Positions 30,893 to 40,779 of a DNA stretch of 64,000 bases are shown here, piece by piece. The notes under the pieces were generated by a model, which was given only the letters and a program-made list of their open reading frames with translations, was not told the DNA's origin and did not search any database. Position numbers and translations under genes: made by a program. Every line of letters starts with the position of its first letter. Position 1 is the stretch's first letter. Origin of the DNA: Desulfobacterales bacterium (GTDB taxonomy: Bacteria > Desulfobacterota > Desulfobacteria > Desulfobacterales > UBA2174); NCBI GenBank assembly GCA_963668645.2, contig CAXXWC010000013.1, positions 160,001 through 224,000 on the forward strand, written 5' to 3'.

Positions 30893-31786
30893 TTACAGAG
30901 ACGCTTCGCCCACCTGCCGGTAGCGGTTGGAGATGTAATCGGCAATCAGGTTGAAGGCCATGGTGAAGACGAAAAGAACGATGCCGATGGCAAACAGGGC
31001 GTAGTAGTGCTCGCTGCCCACCGGGGCCTCGGCCATCTCGGCGGCGATGGAAGCCGGCATGGGCCGCACCGGATCGAAGATCGAGCCGGGCACCATGGCC
31101 GCGCCGCCCGCCACCATCAGCACCACCATGGTTTCCCCGACGGCCCTGGACATGCCCAGAATCACCGCGGTGCAGATCCCGGAGATCGAGGCCGGCAAGA
31201 TGACCCGGATGATGGTCTCCAGGTGAGTGGCGCCCAAGGCCAGCGAAGCTTCCTTGAGGGCCGTGGGCACGCTGTGCAGCGCGTCTTCCGAGATGCTGCA
31301 AATGGTCGGAATCGACATGAAGGCCAGCATGAGTGCGGCATTGAAAAGATTCAGACCCGTGAGCAGGCCGAAGGTCTCCTGAAGCCAGGGCGCCACCAGG
31401 ACCATGCCGAAAAAGCCGATCACCACCGAAGGCAGCGCCGCGAGCAGCTCCACCACCGGCTTGACGAATTCGGCCAGGCGCGGCGAGGCGATTTCGGCAA
31501 GATAGATGGCCGTCATGATCCCCAGGGGGATCGATATCATGGCCGACAAGCCGGTAACGGCCAGTGAGGCCACGATGAGGGACAGGATGCCGTAATCGGC
31601 CGGATCTGAGGTGGGATACCAGAATTGGCCGAAGAGAAAATCCTTTACCGACACGGTATGGAAAATCGGCAAGCCTTCACGGAACAAAAAGAGCATGATC
31701 AGCGCCAGGATGGTGATCGAGGCCGAGGCGATGACGAAAAAGAGAATCTTCATCGCCTGTTCGGTGGTCTGACGTCTGCCGGCCAT
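30893..31786 (-). CDS. pstC: Phosphate ABC transporter permease PstC
   Basis: ELLAALPSVVIG, EASLALGAT and RAVGETM. Confidence 0.95.
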   Translation of the reverse strand: MAGRRQTTEQAMKILFFVIASASITILALIMLFLFREGLPIFHTVSVKDFLFGQFWYPTSDPADYGILSLIVASLAVTGLSAMISIPLGIMTAIYLAEIASPRLAEFVKPVVELLAALPSVVIGFFGMVLVAPWLQETFGLLTGLNLFNAALMLAFMSIPTICSISEDALHSVPTALKEASLALGATHLETIIRVILPASISGICTAVILGMSRAVGETMVVLMVAGGAAMVPGSIFDPVRPMPASIAAEMAEAPVGSEHYYALFAIGIVLFVFTMAFNLIADYISNRYRQVGEASL

Positions 31787-31908
31787 TTAGATAACCTCTT
31801 TTACGATGGCAAAAGTCCCTTCCGCCGTCGTTGATGATGGTGCGGAAGGGACTTTGGACGGAATCATTGGGAAAAGACGGTGTTTTGCCGTCCGGGTGCA
31901 GTCCTTTG

Positions 31909-32721
31909 CTAGTAGAGACGCACGTAACCGGAGGCGGCGACCTCCTCCTGGCCCAGTTTGGGGTTCAACACGAAGTTGATAAAATCCAGGGTCTTGCCGG
32001 TGGGCCAGCCGTTGGTGAACATATACAGGGCCCGGGACACCGGATAGGAGCCGTCCAGCGTGGTCTTCTCGCTGCCTTCGACGCCGTTGACGCTCAGGGC
32101 CTTGAGATCCTTGTTGAGGTAGCCGATGCCCACATAGCCGATGGCGTGCTTGTTGCCGGTTACCGCCTGGGCCACGGCGCCGTTGGAGGCCAGAACCTGG
32201 GCCCGGGGGGTGACGCGCTCCTTGTGCAGGACCTTGACTTCCCAAGTCTCATAGGTGCCCGAGGAGGTGTCGCGGGAAACCACCACGATATCCATGTCCG
32301 GACCGCCGACTTCCTTGAAGTTGGTGACCTTGCCGGTATAGATGTCCTTGAGCTGATCGGTGGTCAGATTGGTGAGCGAATTGCTCGGATGGACCACCGG
32401 GATGATGCTGTCGTAGGCCACGGCAAAGGGGACGGGGTAGACGCCCTTTTCTATCGCCATCTTGACTTCCTTGTCCTTGATAAAGCGCGAGGCGTTGGCG
32501 ATGTCTGTGCTGCCGTCGATCAGGGCCTTGATCCCGTTGCTCGATCCGCCGCCGGACAGCGAGATGTTGACCCCTGGATTGGCCTTCATGTACGACTCGA
32601 CGCATTTTTGGGCGATGGGCAGTACGGTGGTCGATCCTTTGATGGTCAGATCCGCGGCCCAAGCCGAAGCTCCGGCGCAGACGAACAACACAGCCATGGC
32701 GATTGTCAGGACTTTTTTCAT
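31909..32721 (-). CDS. pstS: Phosphate-binding protein PstS
   Basis: Signal peptide; IKGSTTVLP, GGGSSNG and SRDTSSGT. Confidence 0.95.
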   Translation of the reverse strand: MKKVLTIAMAVLFVCAGASAWAADLTIKGSTTVLPIAQKCVESYMKANPGVNISLSGGGSSNGIKALIDGSTDIANASRFIKDKEVKMAIEKGVYPVPFAVAYDSIIPVVHPSNSLTNLTTDQLKDIYTGKVTNFKEVGGPDMDIVVVSRDTSSGTYETWEVKVLHKERVTPRAQVLASNGAVAQAVTGNKHAIGYVGIGYLNKDLKALSVNGVEGSEKTTLDGSYPVSRALYMFTNGWPTGKTLDFINFVLNPKLGQEEVAASGYVRLY

Positions 32722-32772
32722 CGGTTTTGCTCCTTTAAATAATGTGACGGTTTTAGGTTTCTGGCGTTCAAA

Positions 32773-32801
32773 TGTTAGGATACGGTTAAGATTCGGTCAG
32801 A
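32773..32801 (-). promoter_or_regulatory. Pho-box-like triple direct repeat (proximal)
   Basis: Minus strand TCTGACC-gaat-CTTAACC-gtat-CCTAACA with an 11-bp period, upstream of pstS. Confidence 0.65.
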
Positions 32802-32891
32802 AATGCATGAGCCGCGCAGGTCTGAGGATGGTTGGGCCGGCAACCTGCCGCACAACCCCGCCCGAACTGGCAACGGACTTTAGGCAAGGTT

Positions 32892-32920
32892 TGTTAGTCA
32901 TGCGTTACGAAGCGGTTAAA
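32892..32920 (-). promoter_or_regulatory. Pho-box-like triple direct repeat (distal)
   Basis: Minus strand TTTAACC-gctt-CGTAACG-catg-ACTAACA with an 11-bp period. Confidence 0.6.
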
Positions 32921-33017
32921 AGATTGCAAGGGGGATCGGCGGCAAGGGGTATGAAAATGAAAAGCTGCCGGTGCAGCCAAGGCCGGCAGCTTCTTTATCG
33001 ACGGGTCTTTGTATCGA

Positions 33018-34670
33018 TTAAGCCTTGAAGATGTCCCTGTACGTCTGGCGCATTTCGCGCTTTAGAATCTTGCCCGTGGGGGTCTTGGGCAGGGCCGGTA
33101 CGAAGACCACCGACTTGGGCACCTTGAAAGGGGCCAGCTCCAGGCGGCACAGCTCGAGAATTTCGTTTTCGGTGATGGTTTCCCCCTTGCGCGGCACCAC
33201 GATGGCCGTCACCGCCTCGACCCACTTGGGATGGTCCACTCCGATCACCGCCACTTCCTCGACCCGTTTGTCCTTGTAAATGGCTTCTTCCACTTCGCGG
33301 GTGGGCACGTTTTCGCCGCCCGTTTTGATCATGTCCTTTTTACGGTCCACCACCGACACGTAGCGGTCGGCGTCCATCACGCCCACATCGCCGGAGTGAA
33401 ACCAGCCGCCGCGCATGGCATCCTCGGTCTTTTCCGGGTCCTTGAAGTACATGATCATGGCGTGGGGGCCCCGGCCGCAGATTTCGCCGGGCAGTTGGGG
33501 GATGTCGACGGGCTGGCCGATCTCATCTTCCAGGCGGGTTTCCATGTTCAAGCCGGCCATGCCGGCCGAACCGAGCTTGGACAGGGCGTCTTCAGCCTTT
33601 AAGATCGTGTGGTAGGGGGCCAGTTCGGTCTGGCCGTAGTAGTTGTAGACCCTGGCCCCCGGCAGGCGGTCAAGCATCTCCTTGAGCACCTCCACCGGCA
33701 TGATCGAGGCCCCGTAGTAACACTTTTTCAGGCAGGTCAGGTCGTGCTTGTCGAATTCCGGGTGGCGCATCATCCCGATCCAGACCGTGGGTGGGGCGAA
33801 GAACATGGTGGCCCGCCTTTCGGCGATGGTTTTGAGGATCTGCCCGATATCCGGGAGCATCAGGATGTTGGTGCCCCCCACGTAAAAGATGGGGTTTAAA
33901 AACACGTCCCGCTGGGCGCAGTGGTAGATGGGCAGGGCGTTGACGTTGATGTCGTCCGAGGCATAGTTGCCGTCGATAATGGCGCCCATGTACTGGGCGA
34001 TAAGGGCCTGGTTGCTGATGATGACCCCTTTGGGCAAAGATTCCGTGCCCGAGGTATAGGTCATCTGGCACGGGTCTTCGATGTGCAAAACGGCCTGCGG
34101 CTCGGTATCGGGATAGGCGCCGACCCAGGCGTCAAAGTCCCGAAAGCGGCCGTTCGCCGCCGGCTGGCCGGCCCCCTGGTCGGACCAGACAAGCGTCTTG
34201 ACGGAGGGCATGTCGTCGAGCACGTCCTTGACCAGATCGTAGAGGGTGTCTTCCACGATGAACACCTTGGCCTCGGAGTGGTTGATGCAATAGGTGATAT
34301 CCTTGCCGCGCAGCAGATAGTTGATCGCCAGATAGACCGCCCCGATCTTGCAACAGCCGAGCCAGGTGAGCACGTGATGGGCCGTGTTATGGGCCAGGAT
34401 GGCCACCCGGTCGTACTTTTCCACCCCCAGGTCGCGCAGGGCGTTGGCGGTGCGATTGCACTCGGCTTCCAGCCGGCTGTAGGTGTAGGTGTGATCGGCG
34501 AAGATCAGGGCCTCTTTGTCGGGGTAATGATAGGCCGTGCGCCGGATCATGTCGGCGATCACCCACCGGTTGACCGGGTTGTAGCGGTCCATCAAGAAGG
34601 AGAGGTTCTCCCGGTTGAGCACGGTGAAACGCGCTTTTTCGGCATCGCTTAGGGACTGGTGGGTCGTCAT
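33018..34670 (-). CDS. Acyl-CoA synthetase (AMP-binding enzyme)
   Basis: YTSGTESLPKG, YGQTE, GWFHSGD, DRKKDMIKTGGENV and PKTPTGKI. Confidence 0.93.
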   Translation of the reverse strand: MTTHQSLSDAEKARFTVLNRENLSFLMDRYNPVNRWVIADMIRRTAYHYPDKEALIFADHTYTYSRLEAECNRTANALRDLGVEKYDRVAILAHNTAHHVLTWLGCCKIGAVYLAINYLLRGKDITYCINHSEAKVFIVEDTLYDLVKDVLDDMPSVKTLVWSDQGAGQPAANGRFRDFDAWVGAYPDTEPQAVLHIEDPCQMTYTSGTESLPKGVIISNQALIAQYMGAIIDGNYASDDINVNALPIYHCAQRDVFLNPIFYVGGTNILMLPDIGQILKTIAERRATMFFAPPTVWIGMMRHPEFDKHDLTCLKKCYYGASIMPVEVLKEMLDRLPGARVYNYYGQTELAPYHTILKAEDALSKLGSAGMAGLNMETRLEDEIGQPVDIPQLPGEICGRGPHAMIMYFKDPEKTEDAMRGGWFHSGDVGVMDADRYVSVVDRKKDMIKTGGENVPTREVEEAIYKDKRVEEVAVIGVDHPKWVEAVTAIVVPRKGETITENEILELCRLELAPFKVPKSVVFVPALPKTPTGKILKREMRQTYRDIFKA

Positions 34671-34903
34671 GCCTTTCCTCCTTTGAAAATGGGTTATGCG
34701 GGGTGAGTTCGAGCGGTTGCCGGCAGGTCCTTTGCTGCGGTCCTGAAAGCAGAAAATTCCACCTTCTTGCGCGAGAGTGAAATCCGGCCAAGGTTGCGAT
34801 GGTGCGTCACGTGGGAGATGGGCCGGGTTGATTGTTCTAAAGATGGCTGGATTTTAAGGGGATATATCGAAAGCGCCGGATAAAGTCAATCCTAAATAAG
34901 GGG

Positions 34904-35998
34904 CTACATATGCATGTAGCGGCGTTGCCCCTGGTCGACTTGGAGCCCCTCTTCGATCAGCGCCAGCACCTTGTCTTTGGCCCCGGGAAAGAGATATCCC
35001 TCGTAGCTTTGGGAAAAGAGAAGGCTGCCGCGGCGATTGCGCCAGTAGTTGGCCGCATGGTCGAAGCAGACCCGGGATTCGAGTTCCAAGGCCCCGATCA
35101 TTTGCCGCAGCTCGAGAAGCTGCTCGGCGGCGGTGAGCGGCTCCACCTCGCCGCTGTCCACCGATGCTTGCAGGGGAGTGCCGGGCCAGGGTTGAAAAGG
35201 GCGCGAGCGGATGTAGTGCGGACCGATGGCGTTCAGAACCCGGGCCGTGTTCAGGGCGTGAGCGGTGGAATTCTCCCGCCCGCCGATACCGGGCATCCAG
35301 TACTCGGAGAGGGTGAATCCGGCCTCTATGGCCTTGCGCCCGCCGCGGATATGGTCCTGGGCGCTGGATCCTTTTCTAATCAGGGCCAGCACCGCGTCGT
35401 CCCCGCTTTCCAGGCCCACGTGGAGCCGGTCCAGGCCCGCCTGGCGGATGGCGGTCAGCTCCGCAAGAGACTTTTGCGCCAGGGTGCGGGAGCGGGCGTA
35501 GCAAGTGACCCGCTCCAGGCTGGGAAAGGTGCGCCGCAGATATTCTATGGCCTCGACGAGGTGGCCGGTCTTCATCACCAGGCTGTTGGCGTCCTGGATA
35601 AAGGCGGTGCGTCCGCCCGAAAGGAGCCAATGGTAGAGCATGACAAAACCCGCATGGTGGTTGAGGGCCGGGACCCGCGCCATGAGGGCCAGGGCCGCTT
35701 GCTGGCCGATGCTTCCGCCCATCCCGAGCTGCCAGGAGGCTTGGCGAAGGTCTTCGCAAAGCTTGGCCATGGCGTCGATGTCGCGCTTGATCTCGGCCAC
35801 CGGGCGCACCTGGAAGCGTTCCTGCTTGTACATGCCGCAAAAGGCACAGTGGTTCCAGGGACAGTTGCGGGTGAAGCGGACCAGCAGCGAGTCGCTGCCC
35901 CCTTCGCTGGGGGGGCGATAGACGCCGGTTTCGAAATCGTACGGGGGCATGGCAGGTACCTTTGGCAAAGAGGTTTTGGAATTCATAATAAGTCCCAT
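34904..35998 (-). CDS. Radical SAM protein
   Basis: CPWNHCAFC (CxxxCxxC) and GLESGDD. Confidence 0.9.
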   Translation of the reverse strand: MGLIMNSKTSLPKVPAMPPYDFETGVYRPPSEGGSDSLLVRFTRNCPWNHCAFCGMYKQERFQVRPVAEIKRDIDAMAKLCEDLRQASWQLGMGGSIGQQAALALMARVPALNHHAGFVMLYHWLLSGGRTAFIQDANSLVMKTGHLVEAIEYLRRTFPSLERVTCYARSRTLAQKSLAELTAIRQAGLDRLHVGLESGDDAVLALIRKGSSAQDHIRGGRKAIEAGFTLSEYWMPGIGGRENSTAHALNTARVLNAIGPHYIRSRPFQPWPGTPLQASVDSGEVEPLTAAEQLLELRQMIGALELESRVCFDHAANYWRNRRGSLLFSQSYEGYLFPGAKDKVLALIEEGLQVDQGQRRYMHM

Positions 35999-36196
35999 GG
36001 CCGCTGAATCAAGTTTATCGGCCGGCTCCGAGGGGTGAACAGGCCTTAAAATTCAATGTTGCCAGGCCGCCCGGCCCTGATGTAAAAGATGGCAGCTAAA
36101 CTTCGCGGGCGGACATGGAGCTGCCCGAGTGCCATTTGCGTCCAGGCAGTGCCGGGTGCAAGAGGGCTTTTTAAACCACGATGTAAAGGAGGGGCC

Positions 36197-37313
36197 ATGA
36201 GCGCCGAACTCAAGCAGGAAATCAAGGAACTGGATGCCAAGCTCACCCAGCTCAAGGTGTATCTTTGACCTGCCGGGCAAAACCCAGCGACTCGCCGAGA
36301 TCGAAAAAATCCTTTCCCAAGCCGGCTTCTGGAACAATCCCGACCAGTCCAAGGATATTCTGAAAGAACGCGCCCGCCTCAAGGCCCCCATCGAGCGGAT
36401 CGAGGCCATCGCCAAGGACCTGGAGGACAGCGCCCTGCTGCTGGATATGGCCGTGGAGGAGGACGACGCCGGGACCGTGGCCGAGGTGCGCGCTCAGGTG
36501 GACGATACTGCGGCACGCGTCGAGCGTCTTTCCCTGGAGATGATGCTCGACGGGCAGGACGACCACAGCGATGCCATCCTCTCGATCAATGCCGGCGCCG
36601 GCGGCACCGAGGCCCAGGACTGGGCCGAGATCCTGCTGCGCATGTACACCCGCTGGATCGAGCGCAACGGCTACCAGGCCGATATCATCGACTATCAACC
36701 CGGCGAGGAGGCCGGCATCAAGAGTGCGACCCTCACCGTCAAGGGGGAAAATGCCTACGGCTACCTCAAGAGCGAAAGCGGGGTCCATCGCCTGGTGCGC
36801 ATATCGCCGTTCAACGCCAGCGGCAAGCGCATGACCTCCTTTGCGGCCGTTTTCGTCTATCCGGATCTGGACCAGGAGATCACCATCGACATCGACGAAA
36901 AGGATCTGCGCACCGATGTGTTCCGCGCCAGCGGGGCCGGCGGCCAGCACGTCAACAAGACCTCCAGCGCGGTGCGCATCACCCATCTGCCCACCGGGAT
37001 CGTGGTCCAGTGCCAGCAGGAGCGCAGCCAGCACCGCAACCGGGACATGGCCATGAAGGTGCTGCGCGCCCGGCTCTACCAGCGCGAAAAGGAAGCCCAG
37101 GAGGAAAAGCTGCAGCAGGTGCAGGACGGCAAGGAGGAGATCACCTGGGGCAGCCAGATCCGCTCCTATGTGATGCAGCCTTACCAGATGGTCAAGGACC
37201 ATCGCATCCATCTCGATGTGGGCAATATCCAGGATGTGCTGGACGGCGGGTTGCAGCCGTTCATCGAAGGGGTCCTGCTGGCCAAGAAGGCCAACAAGGC
37301 CCGCGGCGCCTGA
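36197..37313 (+). CDS. prfB: Peptide chain release factor 2 (programmed +1 frameshift)
   Basis: ATG at 36197 (AAGGAGG) reads MSAELKQEIKELDAKLTQLKVYL, then CTT-TGA-C at 36263-36269; the +1 frame carries SPF and GGQ motifs. Confidence 0.97.
36254..36269 (+). other. prfB programmed frameshift site
   Basis: AAGGTG TAT CTT TGA C: internal SD-like element, slippery CTTT and UGA. Confidence 0.93.
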
Positions 37314-37314
37314 G

Positions 37315-37878
37315 ATGGCATTGGATCCCGAAGCGGTCCTGGCGCGTTTTTACGCGCCGGATGGCCCCACCCTGGACATTTTGCGGCGCCACGGCCGCCA
37401 GGTGGCGGCCAAAGCCCTGGCCGCGGCCGAACAGGTGGCCCACCTTCGACCGGACCGCACCTTCATCTTCGAGGCGGCCATGCTCCACGACGTAGGCATC
37501 GGTTGCACCGATACCCCGTCGCTGGGCTGCCACGGCGCGCTGCCCTACATTTGCCACGGGGTGGAAGGACGACGCTTGCTGGAAAATATCGGTCTGGCGC
37601 GCCACGCCCTGGTTTGCGAACGGCACGTGGGAGTAGGGATTTCGGCGGCCGAGATCCGCACCCGAAAGCTGCCCCTGCCCGAGCGGGACATGCTGCCGGT
37701 GAGTCTGGAAGAGGAAATCATCTGTTACGCGGACAAGTTTTTTTCCAAAAACGGCCGCGGTCCTGAACAGGGGCGCTCGGTGGCCGAGGTCGCCGCCCTG
37801 CTGGCTGCCTACGGCCAAGCGCCGGTGGCCCGATTCCAGGACTGGGCCGAACGATTCGAGGCCCTCGATGCACCCTGA
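37315..37878 (+). CDS. HD-domain phosphohydrolase
   Basis: H...AAMLHDVG...CH...CERH...YADKFF; ATG at 37315 just after the prfB stop. Confidence 0.88.
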   Translation: MALDPEAVLARFYAPDGPTLDILRRHGRQVAAKALAAAEQVAHLRPDRTFIFEAAMLHDVGIGCTDTPSLGCHGALPYICHGVEGRRLLENIGLARHALVCERHVGVGISAAEIRTRKLPLPERDMLPVSLEEEIICYADKFFSKNGRGPEQGRSVAEVAALLAAYGQAPVARFQDWAERFEALDAP

Positions 37879-39502
37879 ACGCATTCGTCAAGCCCTGCGG
37901 TTCTATTTCATCAGCGACGAAGGCGCCGCCGACCCTCTCGACCAGGTGCGCTGTGCCCTGATGGGCGGGGCCACCCTGATTCAATACCGCCACAAACAGT
38001 TCACCACCCGGGATCTGCCGGCGGTACAGGCCGTAGCGGCCCTGTGCCGGGCCAACAACGTGCCCCTGGTGGTCAACGACAACATCCTTCTGGCCAAGGC
38101 CGTGGGCGCCGACGGTGTCCATCTGGGCCAGGACGATGAAAATCCGGCCCTGGCGCGGGAGATTTTAGGCCACCAGGCCATCGTGGGCGTGTCGGTGTCG
38201 ACCCTCGACGAGCTGGGCCGCACCGATCTGGTTCCCTGCGACTACATCGGCACCGGGCCGGTGTTCGCCACCGGCACCAAGGCGGATGCCAAGGCCGTGA
38301 TTGGACTTTCGGGGCTGGAGCGGGTCACCGCCCTTGCCTCAATACCGGTGGTGGCCATCGGCGGCATCGGTATTGAAAGGGCCCGAAGCTGTTTTGCCGC
38401 CGGCGCGGCAGGGGTGGCGGTGATCAGCGCCGTCAGCCGGGCCGCGGATCGACTGGCGGCCGCGAATGACCTGGGGAAAATCTGCGGCGCGGCGCCGCGC
38501 ACCGCCCTGGCCCGGCCCTGGCAGGACGAGTTCGGTCTGATCCGCAAGATCGTGGCGGCCGGAACCCGGGGACAAAACGCGGATGCCCTGATCGAGGCCC
38601 CCGGAGACGATACCTGCCTGATGAAGGCCCTTTCGCGGCCGGTGCTCACCACCGATTGCCACCGCGACGGGGTCCATTTCCGGCGCGACTGGCAAACCCT
38701 GCCGGAAATCGGTTTCAAGGCCGTGGTGGCGACCCTGAGCGACCTGGCCGCCGCCTATGCCCGGCCCCTGGTCATTTTCGTCAATCTGACCCTGCCGCCG
38801 GATTCGGCTGAAACGGATGCGGTGGCACTCTACGACGGGATCGGAGAAGCCCTCGAACACTACCGGGTGGCCCTGGGCGGGGGCAACGTGTCACGGGGCA
38901 GGGATCTGGCCGTGGATCTTTTTGCCGTGGGTGAGGGGCGCATCGATCTGTTTCCCACCCGGCGGTCGGCCCGGGTCGGGGATCTTCTCTGTGCCACCGG
39001 CCCCCTGGGGCTGGCCCGGGCCGGGCTCCACTGCCTGGCAGCCGGAGACGGCCGCTTTGCCGGCCTGATCGAAGCCTTCAAGCGGCCCCAGGCGCGCTTT
39101 GATGCGGCCGCGGTGCTGGCCGGCTCCGGGGTCCGGTGCGTGATGGACATCTCGGACGGTCCGGCCGGAGATACCTGCCACATCGCCGAAGCCTCCGGGG
39201 TGTCTGTCGAGCTGGACATGGACCGGTCCTGCCTGGCGCCGGCGCTGGTCGGTTTTTGCGATCATTACGGATTCGATCCGGTGGATTTTGCCCTGGCCGG
39301 CGGGGAAGATTACGAGCTGCTCTTTGCCTGCCCGGAAAAGACATTCGCGGCCCTGGCCCCCCGGCTGCCCGGCGCCGTACGGGTCGGGCGCTGCCTGGCG
39401 CAGGGCGAAACGCCTTTGGTCGGCCGGGCTTCCAGGCTCGCTTCCTATCAGCATGGAAGCGGTGAGGACCGGTCTCCGGGGCTGCGATCCTGGCTCAGAT
39501 AA
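37868..39502 (+). CDS. Fused thiamine-phosphate synthase (ThiE) and thiamine-monophosphate kinase (ThiL)
   Basis: N-half: QYRHK, VNDN, GVHLGQDD, GPVFATGTK, VAIGGI. C-half: EFGLI, PGDD, LSDLAA, GGN, DISDG, GGEDYELLF. Confidence 0.9.
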   Translation: MHPERIRQALRFYFISDEGAADPLDQVRCALMGGATLIQYRHKQFTTRDLPAVQAVAALCRANNVPLVVNDNILLAKAVGADGVHLGQDDENPALAREILGHQAIVGVSVSTLDELGRTDLVPCDYIGTGPVFATGTKADAKAVIGLSGLERVTALASIPVVAIGGIGIERARSCFAAGAAGVAVISAVSRAADRLAAANDLGKICGAAPRTALARPWQDEFGLIRKIVAAGTRGQNADALIEAPGDDTCLMKALSRPVLTTDCHRDGVHFRRDWQTLPEIGFKAVVATLSDLAAAYARPLVIFVNLTLPPDSAETDAVALYDGIGEALEHYRVALGGGNVSRGRDLAVDLFAVGEGRIDLFPTRRSARVGDLLCATGPLGLARAGLHCLAAGDGRFAGLIEAFKRPQARFDAAAVLAGSGVRCVMDISDGPAGDTCHIAEASGVSVELDMDRSCLAPALVGFCDHYGFDPVDFALAGGEDYELLFACPEKTFAALAPRLPGAVRVGRCLAQGETPLVGRASRLASYQHGSGEDRSPGLRSWLR

Positions 39503-40371
39503 ACCCCTGCAAACACAACCAGGGCCGCCAGATATTGGGTCCCGGTGAAGGTCTCGCCGAGAATCAACCAGCCGAAAAACACCGCAAAGACCGGAATCAG
39601 GTTGATAAAGGCCGTGGCCTGGCTGACCGGTATGCGGCTGACGGCGAAATTGTAAAGCCCGTAGGCCCCCAGGGTGATAAAGGCCCCCAGATAGATCACG
39701 GCCCCCACGCCCGCAAGGCTGAATCGGGTGGGCAGGGCCGTGGTGGGCAAAAAAAGCGTCAGGAAGAAAAAGAGGCATCCCACCAAAGCCTGGATGGCCG
39801 TGAGAAAAAAGGGGCTGAAGCGGGCGCTGAGCCGCTTGAGGTTGATGATGTAGCCCGTGGCGCAGACCATGGCGATAAATTCGTAAAAGTTGCCCAGAAG
39901 CGGGCGGGGCGCCCCGCTGCCGGCTTCAGCGGCCAGGCTGAGCCAGCAGACGCCGAAAATGGCGATGAAAAAGCCGGTCAGGGTGCGCCGCGTGATGCGC
40001 TCTTTGAGCACCATGCGGGCTACCACCGCCACCAGCAGGGGCAGGGTGGCCGAAATCATGCCGGCCTGGGAGGCGCTGGTATTTTCCAGGGCCTTGGCCT
40101 CGAAGACAAAGTAGAGGCACGGTTCGCAGATCGCCATGAAGGCCAGCAGGTGCCAGTCGCCTTTTTGAAATTCCAGCCGCCGGAACGCTCCCGGGATAAA
40201 CACGAAGCAGAGGCTGCCCACCAGCATGCGCCCGAAGATCACCACCATGGGATCGAAGTGGCCGAAAGCGATTTTGAGCGCCACGAAAGAGCTGGCCCAC
40301 AAGAGTGTGGCGGCCAGCAGACTGGCCACTGGGAGCCAGGGGGCGCTTCGGATTTGGAGCCGGTTTTTCAT
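39448..40371 (-). CDS. DMT/EamA-family transporter
   Basis: About 10 TM segments; LLWASSFVALK, TSASQAG and FINLIPVFAVFFGWLILGE. Confidence 0.92.
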   Translation of the reverse strand: MKNRLQIRSAPWLPVASLLAATLLWASSFVALKIAFGHFDPMVVIFGRMLVGSLCFVFIPGAFRRLEFQKGDWHLLAFMAICEPCLYFVFEAKALENTSASQAGMISATLPLLVAVVARMVLKERITRRTLTGFFIAIFGVCWLSLAAEAGSGAPRPLLGNFYEFIAMVCATGYIINLKRLSARFSPFFLTAIQALVGCLFFFLTLFLPTTALPTRFSLAGVGAVIYLGAFITLGAYGLYNFAVSRIPVSQATAFINLIPVFAVFFGWLILGETFTGTQYLAALVVFAGVYLSQDRSPGDRSSPLPC

Positions 40372-40489
40372 TTTTTCTCACTGGATATCTTTGGTGCCCG
40401 AAAAATAACTGCGGCGGTCATGCTGAAAATTTCGAGGCTTCACCGTCCGTTGAGCTTGACACCCGTCAAAGGGGACTTAAGATTGATCC

Positions 40490-40600
40490 GTGCGATCCAT
40501 CGCACAGGGAGTTGGCGCAGGCCCCCAACTGCGCGTCTCCTTGCAGTAAATCTCTTCCTCTCCCCGCGGGCGGCGGGGTTCAAGACCCGCCGCCCCTTCC
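40490..40600 (+). ncRNA. Candidate small RNA
   Basis: TTGACA-16-TAAGAT at 40456-40483, followed by hairpins, a CU-rich tract and a GC-rich stem (GGGCGGCGGG...CCCGCCGCCC); no credible ORF. Confidence 0.35.
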
Positions 40601-40779
40601 TGAGCATGGGCGTCTGCTTTCCGGTTGCCGGTCGTCTTCAGGCGCATCAGCCTAATGGAATAAAATGGGCTGCGGATCAAGTCCAGAATTTCACCGGCGG
40701 GCCTTTTGGCCGAGGTTGCCAGCCATTAACGCTGAGCAAAAGCGGTACGGAAAAGGCGGGGTGGCTTTCCGGGGGTGAC

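Noticed and set aside
36234..36268. prfB start at 36234, or prfB as a pseudogene
   Set aside because: Explained by the canonical programmed +1 frameshift.
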